Positions 28,433 to 37,829 of a stretch of DNA of 64,000 bases are shown here, piece after piece. A program made the translations under genes and the position numbers. The notes below the pieces were generated by a model. The model had not been told where the DNA came from and made no database searches. It was given only the letters and a program-made list of their open reading frames with translations. Every line of letters begins with the position of its first letter. Positions within the stretch are counted from its first letter, which is position 1. The stretch is from Actinomycetota bacterium (GTDB taxonomy: Bacteria; Actinomycetota; CADDZG01; WHSQ01): the NCBI GenBank assembly GCA_035629935.1, contig DASQLQ010000175.1:3606-67605 (forward strand). The letters run 5' to 3'.

Positions 28433-29170
28433 ATGCCGCGGGCGGAGGGGTCAATCGGAAATGCGACCGGTGAGCAGCGCGCGGGCCGTCGTCAGGAACT
28501 CCTCGATGCCGCCCACCGAGTGATCCGGCGGGACGGGCCCACCGCCTCGATGGACGACGTGGCAGCCGAAGCCGGAATCACGAAGCCGATCCTGTATCGA
28601 CACTTCGGCAACAAGGGCGGACTCTACAAAGCGCTCGCCGAGCGCTACGTGTGGGCCCTGCTCACCGAACGACGACGGATCGTCCAAGACCAGACCGACC
28701 CGCACCTCCGTCTTCGAGCGACGATCGATGCCTATCTCGCCTTCGTGGAACAAGATCCTCAGGTCTACCGATTCCTTGCGCAACACGCCTTCTACGAACG
28801 ACCCGAAGCCCAGGCCGCCCTCACCGACTACATCCGGACCCTCGCCGGCGATGTCGCGGCCGAGTTGGACGAAGGGCTCAAGCGTGCCGGCGGGAACCGA
28901 GCGGCCGCCCAACCGTGGGCGTTCGGGATCATCGGTCTTGTGCAAATGGCGACCGACTGGTGGCTCGAGGACCGGTCGATGTCCCGCGCCGAATTCGTGG
29001 ATCACCTAACGAACCTCTTATGGACCGGGATGAGTCGGCCTGAAATTGGAAGAGCACGGGGGATAGGCTCTGCGCCCGAGGAAGCCAAGTCTTTGGAAGC
29101 CAAGTCCGAACGCCGAACGTCTCGACGTTCGGCGGTAGAAAAGAAGGTCGGGGGGCCTTTACGTGGGTGA
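28433..29170 (+). CDS. TetR family transcriptional regulator
   Basis: HTH MDDVAAEAGITKPILYRHFGNKGGLY; divergent from the LLM-SCP2 gene; low-complexity C-terminal tail reads through a REP-like repeat. Confidence 0.85.
   Translation: MPRAEGSIGNATGEQRAGRRQELLDAAHRVIRRDGPTASMDDVAAEAGITKPILYRHFGNKGGLYKALAERYVWALLTERRRIVQDQTDPHLRLRATIDAYLAFVEQDPQVYRFLAQHAFYERPEAQAALTDYIRTLAGDVAAELDEGLKRAGGNRAAAQPWAFGIIGLVQMATDWWLEDRSMSRAEFVDHLTNLLWTGMSRPEIGRARGIGSAPEEAKSLEAKSERRTSRRSAVEKKVGGPLRG
29106..29136. repeat. REP-like structured repeat, copy D (inside the tetR 3' coding tail)
   Basis: CCGAACGCC flank + perfect stem CGCCGAACGT / CTCG / ACGTTCGGCG. Confidence 0.65.
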
Positions 29171-29843
29171 GACGGCTCTGAAAGAGGCTGTCGTCGAAGA
29201 GTCGCCGGGGGAAGCGAAACCGGGACGACGGCTTCGGCTTCCCTGGCCGCGCAAGGAACGCGCTGCCACCGTCGCCATGGAGAAGGGCGACGACACCGTC
29301 GAGGAAGTCGAGCCTTCACCGCTGGCTTACAGGACCTTCTCGCCCAAGCTGGCTCCCGCGGCCACTGCGATCGGCGGAGCACTCGCCATCCTCGGCGGCC
29401 TCGGTGCATGGGTGCGCGCAACCCAGGTGGAAACCGAAGGGCTCCCCGCCGAACAAGTTGCCGTCCAGATGGGCTACAACGATGCCGAGGGTTTGGCGAT
29501 CGCCGTTTTCGGTGGCCTCGCGGTGCTGACAGCTCTTCTCTGGATCCGGAAGCGGCCCTTGTTCAAAGTCGTCCCGGCGTTCGTCGTGAAACTCGTTCCA
29601 CTATTGCTGTCGTTGGCCATCGTCGGCCTCAGCGCGTGGCAACTGCCTCTGGTCGATCAAGCCGCGCAGGAGTTAGCACGGCAAGCGATCGAGGATGCGA
29701 ACTTCACTAATTTCCACGCGGGCCTGGGATGGGGCGCTTGGTGTTTGGTCGTCAGCGCGGTGGTGCTGTTTCTCGGGTGCGCCGTCGGAACCTTGAGAGA
29801 ACTGGACCTTCGGAGGGCAAAGAAAAGGGGGGCCGAGGGATGA
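29163..29843 (+). CDS. hypothetical 4-TM membrane protein
   Basis: 226 aa; GTG start overlapping the tetR stop (start uncertain, ATG 29277 possible); four hydrophobic helices, Trp-rich loops. Confidence 0.5.
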   Translation: MGETALKEAVVEESPGEAKPGRRLRLPWPRKERAATVAMEKGDDTVEEVEPSPLAYRTFSPKLAPAATAIGGALAILGGLGAWVRATQVETEGLPAEQVAVQMGYNDAEGLAIAVFGGLAVLTALLWIRKRPLFKVVPAFVVKLVPLLLSLAIVGLSAWQLPLVDQAAQELARQAIEDANFTNFHAGLGWGAWCLVVSAVVLFLGCAVGTLRELDLRRAKKRGAEG

Positions 29844-31372
29844 GGCTCAAGCAAGTCGCGTTCATTATGGCTATCGCACTTCTGGTGGCCGGCTGCAACG
29901 GTCATGCGGTCTTGGTCGAACGCAAAGCGGGTGAAGTCGGCGCGGGCGGCGTCGCGCCCGGAACACTCGACGAAGCAGGCGGTGGCGGCAACGCTCTGTC
30001 CGAAGGTGGCAGCGGAAGCGTCGACCTCGGCGACCAGGCGGCCGGAGGATCGGGAGGAGCGAGTGGCGTGCCGGGCACGAAGGACGCCGGCGAAGCGAAC
30101 TGCGCGACCAACTCGAACCCGGAGCAAGGATTCACCGACAAGACTCTGAAACTCGGAACGATCGTCCCCGTGTCGGGCGCCTTAAGGCCCCTCGGCGAAC
30201 AAACAGCGCGCGTGATGAAGGTTTCTGTTGAAGCAACGATGAACCGACAACAGTTCATCCCCGGCCCCTACTCGAACCTGAACTGGGGCTGTCCCACCCG
30301 CCCCGGCATCTTCGGACGGAAGGTCTCGCTGAAGATCTTCTCGCTGCAAGCGAACACACCGGAAGAGGCGCTTGCCGGTATGAGGCGTCTGATCGACGTC
30401 GAGAACATCTTCCTAGTCCGTGACTGCTATCTACAGACGAGCCTTATGGGCCCGGCCACCCAATACCAGGGCTCGAAAGGTGTACCGGGGATCTGGTGCC
30501 ACTTCTCCGAGATGCCCTACCCGGAGCTGGCTCCATGGAACTTCGCTCCCGGGGCCGATCCCCAGGTCCTATCTGCCTTGCACACCGGTTTGTTGGTCAA
30601 ACAGTTCGACAAGGAACGTCTCGCGATCCTTGCGGACCCAACCGCGAAAAGCACGACGGTTCGGGCCGCGCTCGCGACCGCCAAGTATCTGAAGCACCCG
30701 ATCCCCTCGGACTGCGTTGTGTACAAGCGCGCCCAGGAAGCGCCGAATGGGATGAGGTCGGAGATCGCCGCGCTCCGCACCTGCTACGGGGGTCAGGCCC
30801 CCGACGCCGTTATCGCTCTCGATGCACTCAACGGTGTATTCGGCGCGCTCGAGGCAAAACAGCAGGGTTGGCGGCCCGCCGACTCCGGCGTGAAGTGGTC
30901 GTGCACCGGAACCTCTTGTTGGATCACGAGCCTTGCGGAGCTGTGCGCAAACGCGTGCGAGGGGATGTTGACCGACTGCGCGACCCTGCCCTGTGTGCCG
31001 TTCGCGAGTCCGAAGAAATATCCGGCCGTCGAAGCTCTCGAGCGAACCAGAACCCAGAACTTCCCGCAGGAGCCGCAAGACATCCTGACGTATGCCCCCG
31101 CGGCGATCACCGGAGGGATCGCGCTATGGCTCACGATGACCGGCCCCGATCTGTCGCGCGAGAAGTTCCGGGAAACGATGGAGAACGACCTCAAGAACTG
31201 GAGTGCAGGCATCGGACCGGTGATCAACATCACCCCTGACGATCACTTCGGAGCCGCAGCGGGTTGGATCATCGAGTTCACCGGACGAAGCAGCTGGTTC
31301 AAAGACCAGAGCGGCGGATTCCTGACACTCGATGATGTTGGGGTCCCCTACTCGATAGCGGTCGGGAACTGA
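29840..31372 (+). CDS. ABC transporter substrate-binding lipoprotein (LivJ/K-like, type 1 periplasmic binding fold)
   Basis: ATGA coupling; lipobox LLVAGC; Gly/Ser-rich linker; LKLGTIVPVSGALRPLGEQ typical of Leu/Ile/Val-binding family. Confidence 0.8.
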   Translation: MRLKQVAFIMAIALLVAGCNGHAVLVERKAGEVGAGGVAPGTLDEAGGGGNALSEGGSGSVDLGDQAAGGSGGASGVPGTKDAGEANCATNSNPEQGFTDKTLKLGTIVPVSGALRPLGEQTARVMKVSVEATMNRQQFIPGPYSNLNWGCPTRPGIFGRKVSLKIFSLQANTPEEALAGMRRLIDVENIFLVRDCYLQTSLMGPATQYQGSKGVPGIWCHFSEMPYPELAPWNFAPGADPQVLSALHTGLLVKQFDKERLAILADPTAKSTTVRAALATAKYLKHPIPSDCVVYKRAQEAPNGMRSEIAALRTCYGGQAPDAVIALDALNGVFGALEAKQQGWRPADSGVKWSCTGTSCWITSLAELCANACEGMLTDCATLPCVPFASPKKYPAVEALERTRTQNFPQEPQDILTYAPAAITGGIALWLTMTGPDLSREKFRETMENDLKNWSAGIGPVINITPDDHFGAAAGWIIEFTGRSSWFKDQSGGFLTLDDVGVPYSIAVGN

Positions 31373-31373
31373 C

Positions 31374-32840
31374 GTGCGAACAGTGAAGCGCTTGACACTG
31401 GTAGGGATCATCGGGCTGCTCATCACCGCGCTGGTAACGCCGCCCGTTGCCGTTGCCCAATCCGACGATCTGAACTACTCGATCAAGGAGGCGCGGGCGT
31501 ATGCGCAGAAGGCCTCCCTCGACAAGAACGTGGTCGAGGCAGTGCCGAAGTGCAACCCCGACGAGGACAAGTACAAGTGCGACGAAGGACAGTGGAACCA
31601 CAAGCCGAACTGCCCGAAAGAGGTCGAGATCGGCCCTTCGGGAAAGGTTCCGACCCCCAAGCCACCCGATGCCGAGGCAGCAAGCGGCGGGGCGGGAGAC
31701 ACGGCCGGCGGAGAACAACCCCCGCCTCAATCGAGTCCCATCCGATACAACCGATTCGTAGCACTCGGCACCTTGTCGCGCATCGCCGGGTTGAATGAAG
31801 CGCGTGGCTTCGCATCGCGCATCTACGTCGATCTGTCCGGTCGTGACGATGGCGAAGCGCATACCGAGAGCGAGGCCGTGGGCACCCAACGCAGATGGGA
31901 GGAACGTTGCTTCCCCGACGGCGCGGCGAACGACGGCGGCAGCGATTACAGCCACATGTTCTCTCGCTCCAACACGCAGCTCTCGACCTACCACTTCACG
32001 GAATGTCACAAGCGGGATTGCTTCGAGCAAGCAACCGGTCCGGGCACGTTCGGGGCGGACGCCGAGAAGGCCACTGCGATCGTCGACCTTCACGAAGAGG
32101 ACGGGGAGGTCGTCGGTAAGCTCTCTTCCGTTGTCGAGGACCTGAACTATGGCGGAGGCGCACTTACGATCGAATCGGTCGAGACATTCATCGACTTCCG
32201 GTCCGACGGCACACCGCAAGGTCTGAAGTGGTCCGTGAGCTCGACGGCGAATGGCGTGAAGCTCGGCGGCCAGCCCATCACCCTGCCGCCCGGAGAGATG
32301 ATCTCCCAACCCGGCATCGCGGTCGGCATGGCAGCCCCTTACGTGAACGCGTCGGAGGACGGCACGAAACTCACGATCGTCGCCGCCGGTCTGACACTCG
32401 GAACCGACCAACAGGCAGTTTTCGTGGGGGGAGCGGAACTGCTCGCCGGATTCGGCGGTGGCCTGGGTGATTTCGAACTGCCTCCACTCGACGAAACCGA
32501 GCCGCCAACCACGACGGATGTGGGCGGCGGAGGCGGTGACGACATCACCTCTCCCGTCGGTGGCATCGGTTCCGTGGGAGGAAGCAGCGGGTTCGACGTT
32601 GCCGCACCTCTGTCGGAGGACGCGACCGCACCCGTTGCCGCAGGAGAACCCGAAGAGATCCTCATCTATGAGATGGCAACGGGCAGGGGCGCCGTTCCCG
32701 CGATCATCGCGTTGGGGATCGTGATGTGGTTCTTGTTATTGAGCCGCTGGCTGCAACGGTTCACCTGGGGTCGCAAGCTGACGCGCTACCAACCGTTCAG
32801 AACTGTCGACTGGGTCTACCGGGCCTTCGTCAAGACATGA
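31374..32840 (+). CDS. hypothetical secreted protein with C-terminal TM anchor (no recognisable family)
   Basis: 488 aa; GTG 1 nt after the SBP stop; signal peptide; Cys-rich N-terminal region; Gly/Asp-rich linker; C-terminal TM helix. Confidence 0.6.
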   Translation: MRTVKRLTLVGIIGLLITALVTPPVAVAQSDDLNYSIKEARAYAQKASLDKNVVEAVPKCNPDEDKYKCDEGQWNHKPNCPKEVEIGPSGKVPTPKPPDAEAASGGAGDTAGGEQPPPQSSPIRYNRFVALGTLSRIAGLNEARGFASRIYVDLSGRDDGEAHTESEAVGTQRRWEERCFPDGAANDGGSDYSHMFSRSNTQLSTYHFTECHKRDCFEQATGPGTFGADAEKATAIVDLHEEDGEVVGKLSSVVEDLNYGGGALTIESVETFIDFRSDGTPQGLKWSVSSTANGVKLGGQPITLPPGEMISQPGIAVGMAAPYVNASEDGTKLTIVAAGLTLGTDQQAVFVGGAELLAGFGGGLGDFELPPLDETEPPTTTDVGGGGGDDITSPVGGIGSVGGSSGFDVAAPLSEDATAPVAAGEPEEILIYEMATGRGAVPAIIALGIVMWFLLLSRWLQRFTWGRKLTRYQPFRTVDWVYRAFVKT

Positions 32841-33766
32841 TCACTCTCGCGGCGCCCGTAACGGAAGTAACAGTCTTCGGACTGTCGTCGGGCGCGGTGT
32901 ACGCGCTGATCGCCCTGGGACTCGTCCTGATCTATCGCACTACGGGTGTGATGAACTTCGCGCAATGGGCGATCGGTTTGATCGCTCTCGTCATGTATGT
33001 CGTCCTCAGTAACCTCGGCCTTCCGGGACCCGTTGCCGCCGCGATCGGGATGGCGGCGGCTGTGGGGGGTGGTGTTCTTTCCTACCGACTCGTCTTCCGT
33101 CGCATCTCCGGCTCCGGCCAGATCATCGTCATCCTGATCTCCATCGGTATAGCTCAGTTCTTCTCGTCACTCGCGGCCTTCGCTCTCGGCTTCGAACAGT
33201 TCACGCGTTTGCAACCATGGCTGCCGGTGGTCGATTGGCACATCGGGTCGGTTGCCGTCCGGTCTTCCGAGATCATCACTGCGGCAACCGCTATCGGCGT
33301 CGCGTTCGGGTTCCTTCTCTGGTTCCGTTTGTCGCGCACCGGCCGGGCGTTGCGAGCCGTGGCTCAGAATCGCGAAGCCGCGATGCTCGCCGGCATCGAT
33401 GCTGTTCGCTACTCGTCGATCGCATGGGGGATCGGATCTGCACTCGGCGCTCTGGCTCTGCTGCTCGTCCTTCCCCACACGGCGGGCGAACAAGGTGGAC
33501 TGATCACGGTCTTCGACGTAACCCCGTTCGGCACGTTGCTGATCCCTGCGTTCGGGGCAGCGTTGGTCGGCGGCCTCGTGCACCTGCCGATGGCACTAGT
33601 CGGAGGTTTCATTTTCGGCCTCTCACGCGAACTCCTCGTTCTCGCCCCACAACCGTGGAACAACTTGAGGTCTGCCGTTGCCGCGATCCTCATCGTCTTC
33701 TTGTTGCTGCTTAGGACGGAACGCTTCTTCGCCTCGAGACAGGAGCTGGAGGCGCTAGGAGGATGA
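32837..33766 (+). CDS. livH: branched-chain amino acid-type ABC permease (LivH-like)
   Basis: ATGA coupling; YALIALGLVLIYRTTGVMNFAQ motif. Confidence 0.85.
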   Translation: MITLAAPVTEVTVFGLSSGAVYALIALGLVLIYRTTGVMNFAQWAIGLIALVMYVVLSNLGLPGPVAAAIGMAAAVGGGVLSYRLVFRRISGSGQIIVILISIGIAQFFSSLAAFALGFEQFTRLQPWLPVVDWHIGSVAVRSSEIITAATAIGVAFGFLLWFRLSRTGRALRAVAQNREAAMLAGIDAVRYSSIAWGIGSALGALALLLVLPHTAGEQGGLITVFDVTPFGTLLIPAFGAALVGGLVHLPMALVGGFIFGLSRELLVLAPQPWNNLRSAVAAILIVFLLLLRTERFFASRQELEALGG

Positions 33767-34881
33767 CGACCGACGTACTTCAGCCGGTTACAACACAACC
33801 GGCAGAGGAAACCTCCTCCGACGAGAAGGCCGAGCGGCCTAGGTGGCGTCCTACACGCAGTCACCTCATCGCTGCAGCTGCTCTGATCGGTCTGGCCGCT
33901 CTCCCGATCCCGTTCGGAGACTTCGGATTCTTCGTCGGTCAGTACGCGTTGATCTACGCGATCATCGGCCTCTCGGTCGTCGTGGTGACCGGTTACGCAG
34001 GGCTCATCTCGCTCATGCCGTACTCCTTCGCCGGCATCGGAGCGATCATCGTCGGCGTCGCTCTGGGCTCGTGGGGTTGGCCCTTCTGGCTCGCACTTCC
34101 GCTGGGTGCGGTCGCAACCGTGCCGATATCCATCCTCGTAGGGATCTCATCGGTCCGTTTGAAGGGCCTGTACCTCGCGATCGCAACGCTTACGTTCTCG
34201 AATGCTCTCGGCGAAACCTTCTTCAAATGGGACGCGGCCACCGGCGGCGCTGCCGGTTGGGTCGTGGAGCGACCGATCGTCGGCCCGATCGATTTCAGCA
34301 GCGACATCAGCTTCTACGTCTTGTGCCTGGTTGCTGTCGGCCTGCTGGTGTGGATGGTTGAAGGACTACGCACCTCGCGCACCGGCCGAGCAATGCTCGC
34401 GGTGAAGGACAACGAACTCGAGGCGCAGGCCCTGGGCATCAACGTCTACAGGACGAAACTGGTGGCGTTCGTGCTGTCCGGTCTGATCGCAGGCTTCGGT
34501 GGGGGGTTGCTGGCCCTGCTGCTCATCACCGTGACTCCTTCGGCGTTCCAGTCCCCGCTGGCCGAAGCGACTTCTATCCTGCTCGTCACGCTCGTTGCGA
34601 TCGGCGGGATGGATCGGGCGATCGGTCCCTTGTTCGGTGCAGTCGCACTCGTCATCCAGCAACAGGTCTTCCAGGGGGCCGAGTTCTTCTTCGCTTTCGT
34701 CGGTATCTACGCAGCCGTGGTGCTGATCGTCTTCATGATGTTCCGTCCCGGCGGGATCGTTCAGGCAGGCAAGCGGTTGGTCGAGGTGACCAAGGCTCGA
34801 CCCGCACTGGGGCTCGCTATCTGGGCCTTCGTACTCATCACCAACGTCGGAGGAGCATGGCTCTTCCTGGCCCTCTCATGA
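33763..34881 (+). CDS. livM: branched-chain amino acid-type ABC permease (LivM-like)
   Basis: 372 aa; ATGA coupling; GYAGLISLMPYSFAGIGA motif. Confidence 0.85.
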   Translation: MTTDVLQPVTTQPAEETSSDEKAERPRWRPTRSHLIAAAALIGLAALPIPFGDFGFFVGQYALIYAIIGLSVVVVTGYAGLISLMPYSFAGIGAIIVGVALGSWGWPFWLALPLGAVATVPISILVGISSVRLKGLYLAIATLTFSNALGETFFKWDAATGGAAGWVVERPIVGPIDFSSDISFYVLCLVAVGLLVWMVEGLRTSRTGRAMLAVKDNELEAQALGINVYRTKLVAFVLSGLIAGFGGGLLALLLITVTPSAFQSPLAEATSILLVTLVAIGGMDRAIGPLFGAVALVIQQQVFQGAEFFFAFVGIYAAVVLIVFMMFRPGGIVQAGKRLVEVTKARPALGLAIWAFVLITNVGGAWLFLALS

Positions 34882-35663
34882 GTCTCCTTCGAACCCGCGA
34901 CATCAGCATCCACTTCGGGGGGATCGCCGCGCTCGATGAGGTCGACCTGTCGATCGAGGCCGGCGAGATCGTCGGGATCCTCGGCCCCAACGGTGCCGGT
35001 AAGTCGACCCTGTTCAACGTCATCTCGGGTTTCCTCAAGCCCGCCCACGGTCGGATCCTCTACATGGAGGAAGAGATAACCCACCTTTTGCCCTACGAGC
35101 GCGTCGGGATCGGCCTCGGGCGAACCTTCCAGCACGTGCGACTGTTCCGTAACCTGACCGTGTACGAGAACCTGCTGGCAGCGCAGCACCGGCACCTCTC
35201 CAGTGGATCGTTCGCGGCGATGTTGCGGCTGCCGGGATGGCGGCGCGACGAGGACCAAGCCCACGCCCGCGTCGAACAGATCCTCGACGTGGTCAACCTG
35301 CGGCCGTGGAGAGACGCCCGGCCGGGCGAACTGTCCTATGGAACAACCCGTTTCCTGGAGCTGGCCGCCGTTCTGTCGATCAAACCGAAGGTGCTGCTGC
35401 TCGACGAGCCGGCTTCCGGTATCCAACAGAAAGAAGTTGAAGCTCTCGGCCCCCTCTTGAAGCAGATCCGGGACGAGACCGGCGTCGCAATCCTGCTGAT
35501 CGAGCACGACATGGGATTGCTTCTCAAGACTTCGGAACGCATCTACGCACTCGACTTCGGCAAGATCATCGCGGAGGGTACCCCCGACGAAGTCACGGCG
35601 AACGATCAGGTGCTCGAGTCTTATCTCGGCCGCACGAGGAGGAAATCCACTGCTACAGCTTGA
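34878..35663 (+). CDS. livG: ABC transporter ATP-binding protein (LivG-like)
   Basis: ATGA coupling; Walker A GPNGAGKST, signature LSYGTTRFLE, Walker B LLLLDEP. Confidence 0.9.
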   Translation: MSLLRTRDISIHFGGIAALDEVDLSIEAGEIVGILGPNGAGKSTLFNVISGFLKPAHGRILYMEEEITHLLPYERVGIGLGRTFQHVRLFRNLTVYENLLAAQHRHLSSGSFAAMLRLPGWRRDEDQAHARVEQILDVVNLRPWRDARPGELSYGTTRFLELAAVLSIKPKVLLLDEPASGIQQKEVEALGPLLKQIRDETGVAILLIEHDMGLLLKTSERIYALDFGKIIAEGTPDEVTANDQVLESYLGRTRRKSTATA

Positions 35664-36375
35664 GCGGATCGACGCGTTCTACGGCCCGATAAAGGTTCTG
35701 TTCGACGTGAACCTCGAAGTGGGGGAAGGCGAGATCGTCGCGCTACTCGGTACCAACGGCGCAGGCAAGACGACGATCCTTCGAGTGATCTCCGGGATCC
35801 TGCGACCGACCGTCGGCGACGCCACCTGGAAAGGTGAGTCGATCATCGGTCAGCGCCCTTCCGAGATCGTCAGGAAGGGGATCGTTCAGATGCCCGGGGG
35901 CCGCGGGGTCTTCCCCGGGATGACCGTGTACGAGAACCTCGAGATCGCAGGCTTCCTGTATGGACGGGATAACGCAAAACGCAAGCACATGATCGACAAG
36001 GTGTTCGAGTTCTTTCCCAAGCTCGTCAAGAAACGCCGTCAGGCGGCCGGGAGCATGTCGGGGGGCGAGCAACAGATGCTCACGTTGGCGAAGTCGTTCA
36101 TCATGGACCCCGACCTTCTGCTCATCGACGAGCTCTCGTTGGGTCTGGCACCCAAGGTAGTGCAAGACCTGCTCGAGATCATCCGCAAGTTCAACTCCGA
36201 AGGGGTAGCAGTCGTGATCGTCGATCAGCACGTCGATCTGGCGCTCGACGTTGCCTCGCGCGCGTACTTCATAGAGCGGGGTGAGATCCGTTTCTCCGGA
36301 CCGGCGGAGGAGCTACGGGGCCGCGACGACCTGCTGCGCTCGGTGTTCCTGAGAGGAGAGATGACGAAGGCATGA
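35650..36375 (+). CDS. livF: ABC transporter ATP-binding protein (LivF-like); probable CTG start
   Basis: Walker A GTNGAGKTT, signature MSGGEQQML, Walker B LLLIDE. First canonical start (GTG 35707) would remove the conserved N-terminal strand/A-loop (RIDAFYGPIKVLFDV); CTG 35650 lies 7 nt after GAGGAGG. Confidence 0.8.
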   Translation: MLQLERIDAFYGPIKVLFDVNLEVGEGEIVALLGTNGAGKTTILRVISGILRPTVGDATWKGESIIGQRPSEIVRKGIVQMPGGRGVFPGMTVYENLEIAGFLYGRDNAKRKHMIDKVFEFFPKLVKKRRQAAGSMSGGEQQMLTLAKSFIMDPDLLLIDELSLGLAPKVVQDLLEIIRKFNSEGVAVVIVDQHVDLALDVASRAYFIERGEIRFSGPAEELRGRDDLLRSVFLRGEMTKA

Positions 36376-36797
36376 GCACGGTCACCGCACCGGTCGGGCT
36401 TGCGACCTCGAACGCAGCCAGACTCAAGTTCCTCAGGTTCGTTCTGTTCGCCGCCGCCGTCGGCCATCTCGTCGTTGGGCTGTCGTTCTGGTTCGCACCG
36501 GAGCTCGCTGTAGAAGAGATCCTGGCGTGGGGGCCGGCCTCGGGATGGACGACCATCCTCGGTTCGTACGATCTTTCGGTCGCGTTCGCTCTATTGCTGG
36601 CGTTCCGCGACCCGCTTCATAACCTTGGGATAGTCCGATTCGTTGGGTTCCTCCTCGTGCTGCATGCCGGAACGCACGCTTACTACACGGCTTTCGGAGA
36701 TTCCCCGCCACGGTTCTGGTTCGTGATCTCGTATCTGGCTGCGACGGGCATCGTTCTGCTGTGGCTCGCATCGGCCGTACAGAAGAGCGAGACCTAG
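36372..36797 (+). CDS. hypothetical 4-TM membrane protein
   Basis: 141 aa; ATGA coupling to livF; four hydrophobic helices. Confidence 0.5.
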   Translation: MSTVTAPVGLATSNAARLKFLRFVLFAAAVGHLVVGLSFWFAPELAVEEILAWGPASGWTTILGSYDLSVAFALLLAFRDPLHNLGIVRFVGFLLVLHAGTHAYYTAFGDSPPRFWFVISYLAATGIVLLWLASAVQKSET

Positions 36798-37829
36798 GTG
36801 CTGGCAGCAAGATTCCATGCGTCCGATCGGGCGCTCAAACTCGAAGACGTTCCGATACCCGAGCCAGGCCCCCTCGACGTCGTCGTGAAGGTCGAGGCGT
36901 GCGGCATCTGCCTCTCCGATGTGCATCTGATCGACGGGTCGTTCCCCGCACTAACCGAGGTCGTCACGATGGGCCACGAGTCGGCCGGGACCGTTCACAA
37001 GACCGGCGAGATGGTTCAGGGTTGGAAGCCCGGTGACCGCGTCGTCTTGATGGCAGGGCGTCCTTGCATGAAGTGCACGCGCTGCACCCAAGGACGCGTA
37101 GATGCATGCCTGCAGCTCGAGCTGATGGGCTTCCACTACGACGGGGCCTGGGCTGAGTACATCTCGGTTCCCTATTTCACGCTGACCCCTGTGCCGGACG
37201 GGATCGACCTCGAGCAAGCTGCGATCCTCGTAGATGCCGTCGCCACGCCTTACGCCGCCATCACGGAGCGAGCGGAGCTCAAGCCCGGCGAGAGCATCGG
37301 TCTGTGGGGCATCGGTGGGCTCGGCACCCACGCGGTTCAGACGGCTCGCTTGATCGGTGCCGGCCTGATCGTGGCCGTCGACCCGTTACCGAGCGCCCGC
37401 GATCGGGCACTCAAACTCGGAGCCGACGTGGCTCTCGATCCACTCGAGGTCGACGTGGTCTCGGAGGTTCAACGAATCACCGGGGGCACGGGTCTCGACG
37501 TGACACTCGATCTAGTCGGATCGAACAGGGTTCTCCAACAGTGTGTGCAGTGTCTTGCAGCCGGGGGCCGCGCGGTGATCGTTGGAATATCGATGGACCA
37601 ACTCGAGCTCGGTCCGACCATCCTCCTGACGGTGCAACGCCAAACGATCATGGGCCATCTCGGGTATTCGAAGAAGAACCTGGACGACTTGGTGAAGCTT
37701 CTACACAGTGGGCGGCTCGACCTAACCGCTTCCATCTCGGACGTGATGCCGTTGGAGGAAGTGCCCGAAGGCGTGCGCCGGCTCAGCGAGAAGGACGGGG
37801 ATCCGGTCCGATTGGTGGTGAAGCCATGA
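36798..37829 (+). CDS. zinc-dependent alcohol dehydrogenase (MDR family)
   Basis: 343 aa; GTG immediately after the upstream TAG; GICLSDVH, GHESAG zinc motifs, structural Zn Cys cluster CMKCTRC, GIGGLG NAD motif. Confidence 0.85.
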   Translation: MLAARFHASDRALKLEDVPIPEPGPLDVVVKVEACGICLSDVHLIDGSFPALTEVVTMGHESAGTVHKTGEMVQGWKPGDRVVLMAGRPCMKCTRCTQGRVDACLQLELMGFHYDGAWAEYISVPYFTLTPVPDGIDLEQAAILVDAVATPYAAITERAELKPGESIGLWGIGGLGTHAVQTARLIGAGLIVAVDPLPSARDRALKLGADVALDPLEVDVVSEVQRITGGTGLDVTLDLVGSNRVLQQCVQCLAAGGRAVIVGISMDQLELGPTILLTVQRQTIMGHLGYSKKNLDDLVKLLHSGRLDLTASISDVMPLEEVPEGVRRLSEKDGDPVRLVVKP

